DNA from: an uncultured Planctomycetaceae bacterium
GTDB taxonomy: Bacteria; Planctomycetota; Planctomycetia; Planctomycetales; Planctomycetaceae
DNA: 64,000 bases
Reading direction: 5' to 3'
NCBI GenBank assembly: GCA_963976765.1
Contig: CAXBME010000016.1
Coordinates: 62,001-126,000 of the forward strand
In this document: positions 55,040-64,000 of the stretch, in pieces
How positions within the stretch are numbered: position 1 is the stretch's first letter
How the letters are laid out: each line of letters opens with the position of its first letter
Position numbers and translations under genes: made by a program
Notes under the pieces: generated by a model
Told to the model about the DNA's origin: nothing
What the model saw: only the letters and a program-made list of their open reading frames with translations
Databases searched by the model: none

Positions 55040-56381
55040 TCTTTGAACGGTCGCATGCTTCTGCATGTGACCGTTTCTTTTTGCGCTGACTGGAGTTACG
55101 GCTATCGTCTGCCGCCAGTCGGATTTGGCTCTGCGGTTCGATGCCTGGCAAATCAACGTCATGTGGCATCACTGACGGCATCACTCCCGGAAGCGAAACA
55201 CCGTTGACCGCTCGCTGCATGTGTTCTGGTGTCACTTTCAGATAGTGCTCACGAGCCACTGATTCAGAATTGCCGATCCACGCACAGACGACGTGTGATG
55301 GGAAGTGATCAGCGAGTTCCGTCTGTCGTGAAGCTCGCAGGTTGTGCCACAGTCGCGGCCACGGTTCTTGCCCGGCCTTCCGGATGATCTTTTCGAACCT
55401 CGTTCGCAGATTGGCGTTTGCCCAGCCAGCCCCCGACTTCAGTATAGGTGGCCGGTTACGAGTGATGACGAACTCGGCTCCATCGTCAGCCGCTTCTGAA
55501 CATTCTAAAAGGTACGGCAGTAGCTCACCGAACAGCGGCACATCGCGGACTGCGTGCCCGTCCAGATGTTCCAGCTTTGGGCAAGGTACGTGGATTAAGT
55601 TTCGGTTCCAGTCGATGTCAGACCAGCGAAGTGACAACGCCTCGCTCGGAACACGGAGTCCACCAAAGCGGCTTAGAGCAATCAGACAACGCCACTCGGC
55701 GTCCGGACAGTGCTCCAGAACACTCGAACTCGTTTCTCGTGAAACCGTGTGCTGACGGCTTTTTGTGTTTCGACTCACGATGCCTTTGAGGGACTTCCGA
55801 AAGCCATCGAACGGGTTGGAGTCTAACAGCCGATGATTTACGGCATCCGCAAAGATCGTCCGGGCGAGGCTGATTCGCCGGTCAATTGTTGGTCGAGCCA
55901 GATTTCTCTTTTTCAGGTAACGCCCGAAGTCGACGACATGACCGTGAGTAATGTCTTCAATGGGCATGTTCGCCTTGAAGTATCGAAGCAGGTCACGCTG
56001 AACGTGTCCGTAAACCAGTTTCGATGAAGCCTTGATGTCGGTTCGACGTGCAAGATAGTCCGTCAGAAACTCACCGAGACGGACCACTGGATCCGGTTGA
56101 AGTTCTTCCTTCGTTGCTTCAGTCACTCTCGGCTCAACCAGTCCGACCTTGACCAGCTTATCGTAGTAAACGTTGCCCAGACTGCGGACGAAATCGGCAG
56201 TGTGATTGTCGACACTCCCACCGGTTTCCTTCGCACTGTGCAAATTCTCAACGGTAGCATGAAACCGCTGTGCGAAGGTTTTCGACACCCCGGACAACCG
56301 AATGCCACGTCGTTGTCGTTGCGAATCCCAGAACTGCATGAATGCCTTCCGGGTTGCGGTGTCGTAGTTGAAGCTCGCCAT
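54978..56381 (-). CDS. int: tyrosine recombinase/integrase
   Basis: SAM-like domain, GGLRVPSEA (R), K, HNLRASR (HxxR), WIGNS, EHY (Y). Confidence 0.92.
   Translation of the reverse strand: MASFNYDTATRKAFMQFWDSQRQRRGIRLSGVSKTFAQRFHATVENLHSAKETGGSVDNHTADFVRSLGNVYYDKLVKVGLVEPRVTEATKEELQPDPVVRLGEFLTDYLARRTDIKASSKLVYGHVQRDLLRYFKANMPIEDITHGHVVDFGRYLKKRNLARPTIDRRISLARTIFADAVNHRLLDSNPFDGFRKSLKGIVSRNTKSRQHTVSRETSSSVLEHCPDAEWRCLIALSRFGGLRVPSEALSLRWSDIDWNRNLIHVPCPKLEHLDGHAVRDVPLFGELLPYLLECSEAADDGAEFVITRNRPPILKSGAGWANANLRTRFEKIIRKAGQEPWPRLWHNLRASRQTELADHFPSHVVCAWIGNSESVAREHYLKVTPEHMQRAVNGVSLPGVMPSVMPHDVDLPGIEPQSQIRLAADDSRNSSQRKKKRSHAEACDRSKMEDNGLEPMTFWLPARRSPN
55046..55082 (+). terminator. terminator after the tRNA
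   Basis: AACGGTCGCATGC-TTCT-GCATGTGACCGTT followed by TCTTTTT. Confidence 0.8.
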
Positions 56382-56498
56382 TGTCTGGTCCTTGTCTGTT
56401 CAATGCGGCTGTGTGCGGGCCAGGATAGTGGTGAAGGCGCAGCGCTGCCACAGCTTTTGAAGTTTGAGTTGATTAAGTCAGTGCGGTTTGTTGACCGC

Positions 56499-56554
56499 GT
56501 CTATGTCCATGAAACTTCAGGAACTCCGAGAACGAGCGGGGTTTCATGGACGAA
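56499..56554 (+). repeat. 56-bp palindromic site, copy A
   Basis: GTCTAT-GTCCATGAAAC-N25-GTTTCATGGAC-GAA. Confidence 0.9.
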
Positions 56555-57276
56555 GTCAGGCGGGGAACAGCACGAAGCGTCTCGATGGACGCCCGCCGCG
56601 CCGGGTCGTGTCGACTGGTTGCCAGTATCCCAGTTCCATAGAAACGAGTTCTTCCAGAGCCGACTCTGCTTCGACGGATGTCCTGAAGCGACGGTGACCG
56701 CCTTGCACTTCAGGGACTGATACTTCACCGCCTTTGCGGCGAATCCATTCCGCCAGTTCGTGGCAGGCACGCTCGGTTTCATTCTGTTCGAGCACTGCGT
56801 ACACGCGACGTGTTTCGCGGCAGAACCAACGAGTCAGCTCAATTCCTGCGGCCATGCTGCTTTCGTCGACTTTCCGTTCGTTTACGTTTTCGCCGGAAGC
56901 ATGGCGGCAAACGTGGATGATCAGAGCCAGCCGCGCGGCGTACTCTTCCAGTTTCGACCAGGCAGCAGCCAGGTCATCGTCGAGCGTTTCCTGTTCCTTC
57001 GCGTGTTCGTTGTAGAAGTCGCAGAACAGATTCTTCGCTGCCTGATTCAGTTCGATGATGCCGGAAACCGGCTCGCCAATCCGATCCCGTTCAAACTCGA
57101 TTCTCCGCAAAGAGCGAAGCAACTCCGTAAACGGCTCGACAGAATCCGCTCGAATGTCGGCCTCTGACCAGCGACGGGAACGGGGCGGCGGATACGCCAG
57201 CAGCATTCTCGCCAGTAGACCGTTCTCGCGATGTTCGGATCCGATGGCCTTCCGCAGAGTCCCCGGTTGAATTCCA

Positions 57277-57315
57277 CCGCAGACACTTACAGCCGCAGAC
57301 ACTTACAGCCGCAGA
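57277..57315 (+). repeat. 16-bp tandem duplication (CCGCAGACACTTACAG)x2 + CCGCAGA
   Basis: Read directly from the sequence. Confidence 0.95.
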
Positions 57316-58619
57316 AGGAACGTAGATTGTTCTCGGTTCGCCAGTCTTACGGTCGACGCGCAACGGCGCGGCGTTGAACATCGACAACCAGCGCCCGGCG
57401 TCAGCCGATGCTCGACCACCTCGATTGAACCGGTCGAACGATCCCAGCCAGCCAACCAGTTCATCGACCGTCAGCAACAGCCCACGCGGGTTTTCCAAAA
57501 GCAGCGGCGCGAGTGCTTCGATCGTCGTATCAGACACGACAAACCGCTCTGCTATCGGGAGAGTCGGCTGTTCCGACTGTTCCTCACTGTCTGCGGATTC
57601 CCCTGCCGTTCGCCGGTCGCGTTTCAGTTCAGCAATGGCATCGCGATACTCTGCGTATTCGCGACGCCAGCGCCGGTCTGCTTCCTTTTCCAGCTCGTTG
57701 ACAGCCGACAGTGCCAGCTTCCACGCAGGTGACTTCTGACTTCCCGATCGTCCGACGATGGCCGTCCAGATGATCGGTGGAACTTCCCAGCCCGGCTTCA
57801 GACGCAACCTTCGCGTGTTACCGATGGAAGCTCCAAGCACAGACAACACGGGCAGCGCGATAAACGCAGGATCGCAGCCAATGGCATTCGAACCAGCTAC
57901 TACCAGCTCCCGCACGACTTGCGGCAGTGCAGTAACGGGAAACGGCTCGAATTGTTCGACTGCCGGTCGCGGTCGTTCTGGCTGCCGCAGTTCGACGCTC
58001 GCGACCAGAGTTTCGAGTTGATCCCGTAGAGTTTCCGGATCAATGCCGACGTGAGCTTCGTACCAGTCGTGCAGGTCGCCTTTCTCCGGCAGGTCAGGCC
58101 AGACTTCCCGGAGGTGAACGATCTTCACTTTCGCGGGCGAATCGAGCCTCGTCAGGATACCGGCCACGGTTTCGGCGTACTTCTCACCAGCGTCGTCATG
58201 GTCCGGCAGAATGACAACTTCCTTTCCAGCCAATGGTGACCAGTCAGCCTTCGCAGGAGCTTTACAGCCGCCAGGCGACGTTGTGACATTCAGCCCGATG
58301 GCCACTCCAGCCTCAGCAGCTTTCTCGCCTTCCGTGACATAGACCAGCTCCGATTTCGACAAGCTCGGCAGCCGATATAACGGACGTGGTTCGAGCATCG
58401 CGCCGACAGACCAGCCATCGTCACCATGTCGAATCGGGCGGATGGTCTTTCCACCGTCAGGACGTTCCCAGCGGATGACCGCGCCTGCTTCGCCGCCTTC
58501 AGCATCGTGATACGTCCAGGCGGCGGACCGCTTCCCAAGTCGCTTTTCCAGTGACTCGATGACTTCCCGCGATGTCTGAAAAGTCTCAGTGTTCTGTCTG
58601 GTTGGCTTTGGCGTCTTGT

Positions 58620-58675
58620 TTCGTCCATGAAACCCGGCCTGTTCTCGGGAATTCTGAGGTTTCATGGACATAGAC
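58620..58675 (-). repeat. 56-bp palindromic site, copy B (inverted relative to A)
   Basis: Reverse complement is GTCTAT-GTCCATGAAAC-N25-GTTTCATGGAC-GAA. 48/56 identical to copy A, with all mismatches in the spacer. Confidence 0.9.
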
Positions 58676-58928
58676 ACCGTCGTCTGTTCCGGATTTTGCG
58701 GAAACAGGTCAGCAGCCGTCAGGCCCAAAGCAGCGAGAACTGATTCGGTCGAGCATCCCGAGAAGCAGTTCAGCAGAGCTCGACCGTCTTCCTTAGCCGA
58801 GACGGAAAGGCTCGGGTTGTGGTCATCGTGAGCTGGACAGCAAGCCATCCAGCCCGATCCTGACTCCACCGGTTCGCGACCGGTCGAGTCCTTCAACGCC
58901 CTCAACACTCGTTCAATCGGAAGCCTGT

Positions 58929-59168
58929 TCATTGGACAGCCTCCCGCCTGAATGTCATCGAGCTTTCAGCAGAAAACGAAGTATCAATCTCTTGTGTGCG
59001 CGGTCTGGTTGTTACCATGACGGCGTCCTCCCAAAGCAATGACCGCCAGAGCGTGTCCAGCAATGCGGTCGGAGTTGTGGACAAATGCGAAACGCAGGCG
59101 GCAGGTTTGACTTCGCAGGTCGAGCCTGCCGCCTGTGTGCGTTTGGAGTCTCGTTCAAAAACGGTCAC
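58929..59168 (-). CDS. small hypothetical protein between xis and primase
   Basis: GTGA overlap with the xis stop and ATGA overlap with the primase start suggest translational coupling. Confidence 0.45.
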   Translation of the reverse strand: MTVFERDSKRTQAAGSTCEVKPAACVSHLSTTPTALLDTLWRSLLWEDAVMVTTRPRTQEIDTSFSAESSMTFRREAVQ

Positions 59169-59371
59169 GCAGCGTTTGCGGACTCCGAGACAAAGCGTTC
59201 CAGTTCCGTGACTGGAATCCGTACCGAGCGACCAATGCGAACGGCCTTGAGCTTGCCGTCTTTCACGAGTTGCCAGACAACCCGCTCGCAAACTCCGAGC
59301 GAATCCCCTGCTTCCCGATAAGTCACCGCCAGCCGCGTTCCACCGTCTCCCGATGATGCTTGAGCAATCAT
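59165..59371 (-). CDS. excisionase-like HTH_17 DNA-binding protein
   Basis: TYREAGDSLGVCERVVWQLVKDGKLKAVRIGRSVRI; GGAGGT RBS. Confidence 0.88.
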   Translation of the reverse strand: MIAQASSGDGGTRLAVTYREAGDSLGVCERVVWQLVKDGKLKAVRIGRSVRIPVTELERFVSESANAA

Positions 59372-59451
59372 CCTGATTACCTCCCGTATTCGTTCAACGA
59401 ATCAGGCAGCTCAACAAGCGGCTGCCATTGGGCGGAAGATTAGGGATGGTT

Positions 59452-59587
59452 TGTTACACCAACTCTGTAACACGAGTGATCTGTAAACCCTGTCTCTGCA
59501 TAAGACGGGCTAAGCCCGCAGGATTTCGCACAGTTTCCGAATTTCATGTGTTACAGAAAATCAGGCGTCGCGCTTTTCTGTAACACG
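59452..59587. promoter_or_regulatory. TGTTACA/TGTAACA operator-like inverted repeats upstream of xis
   Basis: TGTTACA-N7-TGTAACA (59452-59472) and GTGTTACAGAAAA-N13-TTTTCTGTAACAC (59548-59586). Confidence 0.6.
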
Positions 59588-60493
59588 TCGTGCTTTCTCA
59601 GCTTTTTCCGCTTCGCGGCGTTTTCGCATTCTCAGCTTATTACGGAGTCGAGTCCCTTTGACCTCATCGAGCCCACATTCGCGACAGGCTTCAGCCAGGC
59701 CATACTTTTCGTAGACCAGATAGAATCGAGCCTCGAATTGTTCACGCTGCTTTTGATTCGGGTCAGGACCCACCGTCGTTTTTTTATTCGCGGTTTTCTT
59801 TCGTCGTCGCTTTGGGTTTTCTACCAGTCGCTCAAGCATGACTTCGAGCTGACCGGACAGCAAATCACCGATTGCTTTTGCACCTTCGCCCCAATTCGAA
59901 ACGTTAAATCCGACTTCGTTCGCGTCTGTCGAAGCTGATTTCTGGGGTGACTGCTTTCGATCCAGCTTCAAGAGTCGGCTGCGACCAGCGACCGGTTTTC
60001 TGTTGCGAAAGTCTCCAGTCTTCAGAACGAACTCGAAAACGTACGACAGCTCTCCCGCCCTCAGGTCTTTTCTCGCAGTGACACCTTCGGTAGTCAGTCG
60101 CCATTCCTCAGGCGCCAGACGTTCGGCATGAAACGGACTGGTTCCCGCAGTGTCGCTTTCCTTCCATGTCGTCCAGGCGTCGGCCCATTCGTGCCACATG
60201 GCGGCAGCGCCTGCTTCCAGCGAGGAAACCCCAGCTTCGCCAGTCGTCGTCAGTGAGGCTTCCAGCAAGACGGGATGGTTCAGCATCTGCATTCGCAGGC
60301 GACAGCGACGTTCTACCATGCCAGCGGCGACCAGTAGAAACAGCGTACGATCCTGAATATCGGTCAAACTGTCTGGATCCCACCTCTGCCAGCGTTTTGG
60401 GATTCGCATCAGCATTCTGGGGATGTGTGAATGCAAAAGAGCGACTTCTTCGGACGTCTTCGGTAGAGCTTCTGATACGTTTTCGTAGGTCAA
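59561..60493 (-). CDS. hypothetical protein, possible regulator with basic C-terminal HTH-like segment
   Basis: 310 aa ORF with GGAGG RBS; GLAEACRECGLD followed by a K/R-rich tail. Confidence 0.65.
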   Translation of the reverse strand: MTYENVSEALPKTSEEVALLHSHIPRMLMRIPKRWQRWDPDSLTDIQDRTLFLLVAAGMVERRCRLRMQMLNHPVLLEASLTTTGEAGVSSLEAGAAAMWHEWADAWTTWKESDTAGTSPFHAERLAPEEWRLTTEGVTARKDLRAGELSYVFEFVLKTGDFRNRKPVAGRSRLLKLDRKQSPQKSASTDANEVGFNVSNWGEGAKAIGDLLSGQLEVMLERLVENPKRRRKKTANKKTTVGPDPNQKQREQFEARFYLVYEKYGLAEACRECGLDEVKGTRLRNKLRMRKRREAEKAEKARRVTEKRDA

Positions 60494-60531
60494 TTATCTG
60501 CCTCCGTGTTTTCCTGCTCTGTGACGGAACA

Positions 60532-63500
60532 TCACGCGGAAACGTATTTGCCGGGTTCGACTTCTCGGGCGGAACCGAGGACTGTCAGGGACTGGAGTAG
60601 TTCTTCCACCTGGTCGGGTTTCGCTCGGGAGAAGCGTCTGGCCATGTCGGTGGCTGTGAGTGGTTCGCGGCTGGTGGCCAGTTGCTGGCGGATGGCGACC
60701 ACCTGTTCGGCCAGTTTTTTGGGCAGCGGCAGTTTCTTTGTCGCGGCCTTCTTCTTTGCCTTTCTCTTCTTTGCCGGTTTGTCTTCGTCGTCGGTCTCGA
60801 TGGCCAGGTCTTTCTGTTTCTTCTCGCCGGTGTCCGGGTTCTGGAACTCGGGACGCAGCCAGCGAATCAGGCCGCGTTGTTCTTCGGCGGCGCGTTCGGC
60901 GTTCAGAGCGACCAGACGTTCGAGGATTTCTTCGTCGGTCAGCGTGACCGGCCAGCCGTACGCCTCGAACACCGCCGCGTCCAGGTCGTCGTGAATCTGC
61001 TTCAGGACGGAGACGAGTCCCTGTTCGTGAATCGTTTTGTCTTTGTCCGTCAGCGGCTCACCGGCCCGCAGCTTTTCGAGCACGTTGTACATGCTCGTCA
61101 TCGTCAGCTTCGGATGCTGAGCCTGCTGCCGCTTCCGGTGTGCGTCCAGTTGCTCCCCCAGTTCACGAATCCGCGACTGCTGAGACTCACCCGCCACCGG
61201 AAACGGGAACGGCTCGAAACATCGCGACTTCGTGTAACGAGGATCGTTGCCGTAACCGAGCCAGCCGCCCGCAGCAAGTGCCCAGCAAACGTGAATGCGG
61301 CTGTTTAAGACTCCGAGGTGAAAGGCGTCTTCTATCGCAATCGCAATCAGCATGTTGTCCGGCAGGATCGAATCCTCGTGAAACACGAAGAACCGATGCT
61401 TTGCGGTTTCAACCGTGACGATGTACCGCTTCAACCCGGAGAGGGCAGGCCGGAATGCGCCTCGCGGTTCCCCGAACAGCCACCAGCGGTCTCGATACGT
61501 TGCTCGATTGTTCTGATCCCGTTCCGGCTTCACTCGGTCCCGAACCCACTGATTCACCTCTGGAAATCGTGATCGCACCTCATCTTCCGAGAGCCCGAAC
61601 AAGTCGATGACCATCACGCCGCGCGGCGACGCGGTCAGGTCTCGACCGTTCCGATAGTTGCGGATGTGTTTTTCGAGTCCGTCGATTCTTCCGAGTCCAA
61701 GTTGCTCCGCTTCGTCCGGCGTTACGATGAACCCAGAGCCGTGAAGTTTCACGCCCGGACATGACAAGTCTTCGTTCGCTTGCAGCGGGCCAGCTCCGGC
61801 CACGTCGGCACCAATCGACAAATCGGAATGAACCGGGCCGTACTTCGGCAGCAATCGAACATCGACGTCACCGTCAGAATTGGGTGCCTCCGCGATAACC
61901 TTCTCGACCAGTCCGTCATGCGAACCTGCTGACGCGACCGTCATTGAGATTCGGACTGCCGCGCCTTCCGATGCGTCAACCCACGGATGATCCGGAACGG
62001 CATAGTCGAGTGACAGCGGCGTCTTTGCTTGAAGAAATTTGTTGAGGACACGGCGGCTGAACTTCTGCCGGAGACTGTTCGTCGTGATTAGCCCGAAGCG
62101 TTTGAGCTTGTCTGCCTGTACTGCTTCGGCAGCCCGATCCCACCAGTACATGACATAATCACAGGTCTCCGGGACTTCCGGATAAGCAGTTCGAATCGTT
62201 TCCGAGTAGCCATCACCGAGCGCCTGCCGCATCCGCCAGTTACCGATGAACGGCGGATTGCCGACGACGTAGTCGGCTTCCGGCCAGTCGGCTTTTCTTG
62301 GGTTGATGTACTTCAGGACGGGAACGCGGGCGGAATCGTCGGGGACTTCTTCGCCCGTTACCGGATGCGGCTTCGTCGTGCGGCCATCCCAGCGCGTGAC
62401 TGGTTCGCCATTGTCGTCCAGGACCGGTTCAACGGCATCCCACGCCAGTACCGCGTCCCGGCATTCGATGTTGTGGAACTTGCGGATGATCGGTTCGGCA
62501 ATCTGCGACAGGTCGCGCGTCCGGATGTGCCATTGCAGGTAACCGATCCACAGCACCAGGTCGGCAATCGCTGCCGCTCGGGGATTCACTTCGATGCCGA
62601 GGAACTGGTGAGGATCGACCGTCAGCAGCTCCGTCTGGCGATATCCCAGCTCGCGCAGCGTGTTGAGCACTTCGCCTTCCAGCCGCTTCATGTGTTCCAG
62701 CGCGACATATAGAAAATTGCCGCTCCCGCAGGCCGGGTCGAGAATCCGCGTCTCGCACAGCTTGCCGTGAAAACTGCGGACAGTCTCGATGGCTTCGTCC
62801 GAATCGCCTCGCGTCGCCAGCGTGATCGCTGCCGTTCGCACCGCGTCCCACTCGTCACGCAGCGGGTCGATGATCGTCGGCATGACGAGACGTTCGACGT
62901 AGGCTCGGGGCGTGTAGTGGGCTCCCAGCTTGTGACGTTCGACCGGGTCGAGTGCTCGTTCCAGCAATGTCCCGAAAATCGCCGGCTCGACTTCCCGCCA
63001 GTTTGAACGAGCCGCTTCGATCAACAATTCGAGTTGCGGATCATTCAGCGGCAATGCTTCGCAATCCTCGAACAGCCCGCCGTTGAAGCGTTTCAGTTTC
63101 TTGCGGATGACTGGATGGAATGTGCCCTGATCCATCGACTCCCACAGCGACCGAACCAGGTCAGGAAAGTTGCCAGTGTCACCCTTCAGGCTGATCAGCA
63201 GCTCTGTAAAGCTGTCTTCCGGAATCAGTTCGACGTCTTCGGCAAACATCGTGAACAGACACCGCATCAGGAACTGAGAAACTCGCGACGCCTCGTACCC
63301 CGAACCCTCCATCGACTTCGCCAGACGAGCCAACCGGTCTGCCAGCTCGCGAGTCACTTTGGCCGAACGGCGGCTCGGATCGAGTGACAGCGGGTCAGTC
63401 CAGACGGTGCGCAGTTTCTCGCGCTGTTCATCGTCGGCAAGTTGTTCGAGCCGAATTCGAAAACTGCCGGGATCGGGAAACGGCAGGTAGGTTTTCCCCG

Positions 63501-64000
63501 AACGAGTGAAGTCCGCAAACAGCTCGATGGAATGCCCCACGTCGACCACGATCAGAAACGGCGGCCAGCCTTCGTCCGTCGGCAGAGCCCGCGCGTACTG
63601 TTCGGCCTGGCCACGGGCCTTGACCATCGCATCGTCCCAGCCCTTGGTTCCTCGAATAGCGGTTCCGCGTTTGGTCTTCTTCTTCGGAGCGGACGTGAGT
63701 TTGAGTTCGTCCGAGTCGTCAGCTTCGGTCTTCTCTGTGCCCTGCTTGGCTTCCAGCACGAAGCAGCCGCGTTTGTAGAGGTCGATGCGTCCGGGACTGG
63801 TCGAGCCGTCCTGATTCTGGAACGTGACATCGCGTTCGAAGACGTAGGCATTCCCGGCAACGTCGGTCTTCGTTGGGTCGGGATGCGGAACGGCCAGCAC
63901 GTCGCACAGGTCGCGAGCAAACGGCGGAAAGTTCGCCCGCTCCGCTCCACCGGACGCCGCCCAATGCTCGATGAACCGAGCGACCTGTTCAGGTTCCGGC
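60532..64000 (-). CDS. MmeI-like type IIL restriction-modification enzyme; start outside window
   Basis: Frame open to the window edge ([15 protein letters not shown]). [15 protein letters not shown] nuclease motif, [28 protein letters not shown], followed by a target-recognition region. Confidence 0.92.
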   Translation of the reverse strand, partial: PEPEQVARFIEHWAASGGAERANFPPFARDLCDVLAVPHPDPTKTDVAGNAYVFERDVTFQNQDGSTSPGRIDLYKRGCFVLEAKQGTEKTEADDSDELKLTSAPKKKTKRGTAIRGTKGWDDAMVKARGQAEQYARALPTDEGWPPFLIVVDVGHSIELFADFTRSGKTYLPFPDPGSFRIRLEQLADDEQREKLRTVWTDPLSLDPSRRSAKVTRELADRLARLAKSMEGSGYEASRVSQFLMRCLFTMFAEDVELIPEDSFTELLISLKGDTGNFPDLVRSLWESMDQGTFHPVIRKKLKRFNGGLFEDCEALPLNDPQLELLIEAARSNWREVEPAIFGTLLERALDPVERHKLGAHYTPRAYVERLVMPTIIDPLRDEWDAVRTAAITLATRGDSDEAIETVRSFHGKLCETRILDPACGSGNFLYVALEHMKRLEGEVLNTLRELGYRQTELLTVDPHQFLGIEVNPRAAAIADLVLWIGYLQWHIRTRDLSQIAEPIIRKFHNIECRDAVLAWDAVEPVLDDNGEPVTRWDGRTTKPHPVTGEEVPDDSARVPVLKYINPRKADWPEADYVVGNPPFIGNWRMRQALGDGYSETIRTAYPEVPETCDYVMYWWDRAAEAVQADKLKRFGLITTNSLRQKFSRRVLNKFLQAKTPLSLDYAVPDHPWVDASEGAAVRISMTVASAGSHDGLVEKVIAEAPNSDGDVDVRLLPKYGPVHSDLSIGADVAGAGPLQANEDLSCPGVKLHGSGFIVTPDEAEQLGLGRIDGLEKHIRNYRNGRDLTASPRGVMVIDLFGLSEDEVRSRFPEVNQWVRDRVKPERDQNNRATYRDRWWLFGEPRGAFRPALSGLKRYIVTVETAKHRFFVFHEDSILPDNMLIAIAIEDAFHLGVLNSRIHVCWALAAGGWLGYGNDPRYTKSRCFEPFPFPVAGESQQSRIRELGEQLDAHRKRQQAQHPKLTMTSMYNVLEKLRAGEPLTDKDKTIHEQGLVSVLKQIHDDLDAAVFEAYGWPVTLTDEEILERLVALNAERAAEEQRGLIRWLRPEFQNPDTGEKKQKDLAIETDDEDKPAKKRKAKKKAATKKLPLPKKLAEQVVAIRQQLATSREPLTATDMARRFSRAKPDQVEELLQSLTVLGSAREVEPGKYVSA

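Larger units (their letters stand above)
56556..58932 (-). pseudogene. primase-helicase (CHC2-like Zn finger + TOPRIM + DUF3987), frameshifted
   Basis: CPAHDD..SL..CFSGC, VTEGEKAA, PDHDDAG, Walker A GRSGSQKS, Walker B LLTVDE. ORFs 57091-58932 and 56556-57302 both contain SAAVSVCG. Removing 16 bp gives one frame of about 786 aa. Confidence 0.88.
55040..64000 (-). mobile_element. tRNA-Ala-integrated element (satellite/IME-like); far end outside window
   Basis: Integrase abutting the tRNA 3' end, followed by primase-helicase, xis-like HTH gene, putative regulator and RM cargo, all on the minus strand. The second att site is not visible. Confidence 0.85.

Noticed and set aside
54907..55089. 60-aa plus-strand ORF over the tRNA
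   Set aside because: Spurious translation of the tRNA gene.

Overview
About 58% GC (estimated by eye) bacterial chromosomal window, very likely from a Planctomycete: it carries DUF1501, DUF1549/DUF1553, DUF1559 and many sulfatase genes. Positions 1-54.9 kb are mostly lineage-typical genes: four DUF1549/1553 proteins, three DUF1501 proteins, six sulfatases, an S9 peptidase, a SPINDLY-type O-GlcNAc transferase, an ArsM-like methyltransferase, a TrhO-RluA fusion and a VWA protein. Two decayed small toxin-antitoxin-like modules are missed by the ORF track. One of them is a hicA whose frame is interrupted only by three TAG codons, at least two at conserved Gln positions. From tRNA-Ala(GGC) at 54967 to the window end lies an integrated satellite/IME-like element with a tyrosine integrase, a primase-helicase, an excisionase-like HTH protein, a putative regulator and an MmeI-like type IIL RM enzyme. 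Its integrase ORF ends inside the antisense of the tRNA. Its primase gene is frameshifted by a 16-bp tandem duplication, and most of that gene is bracketed by two inverted copies of a 56-bp palindromic site. All family calls come from motif recognition by eye; no database searches were run.
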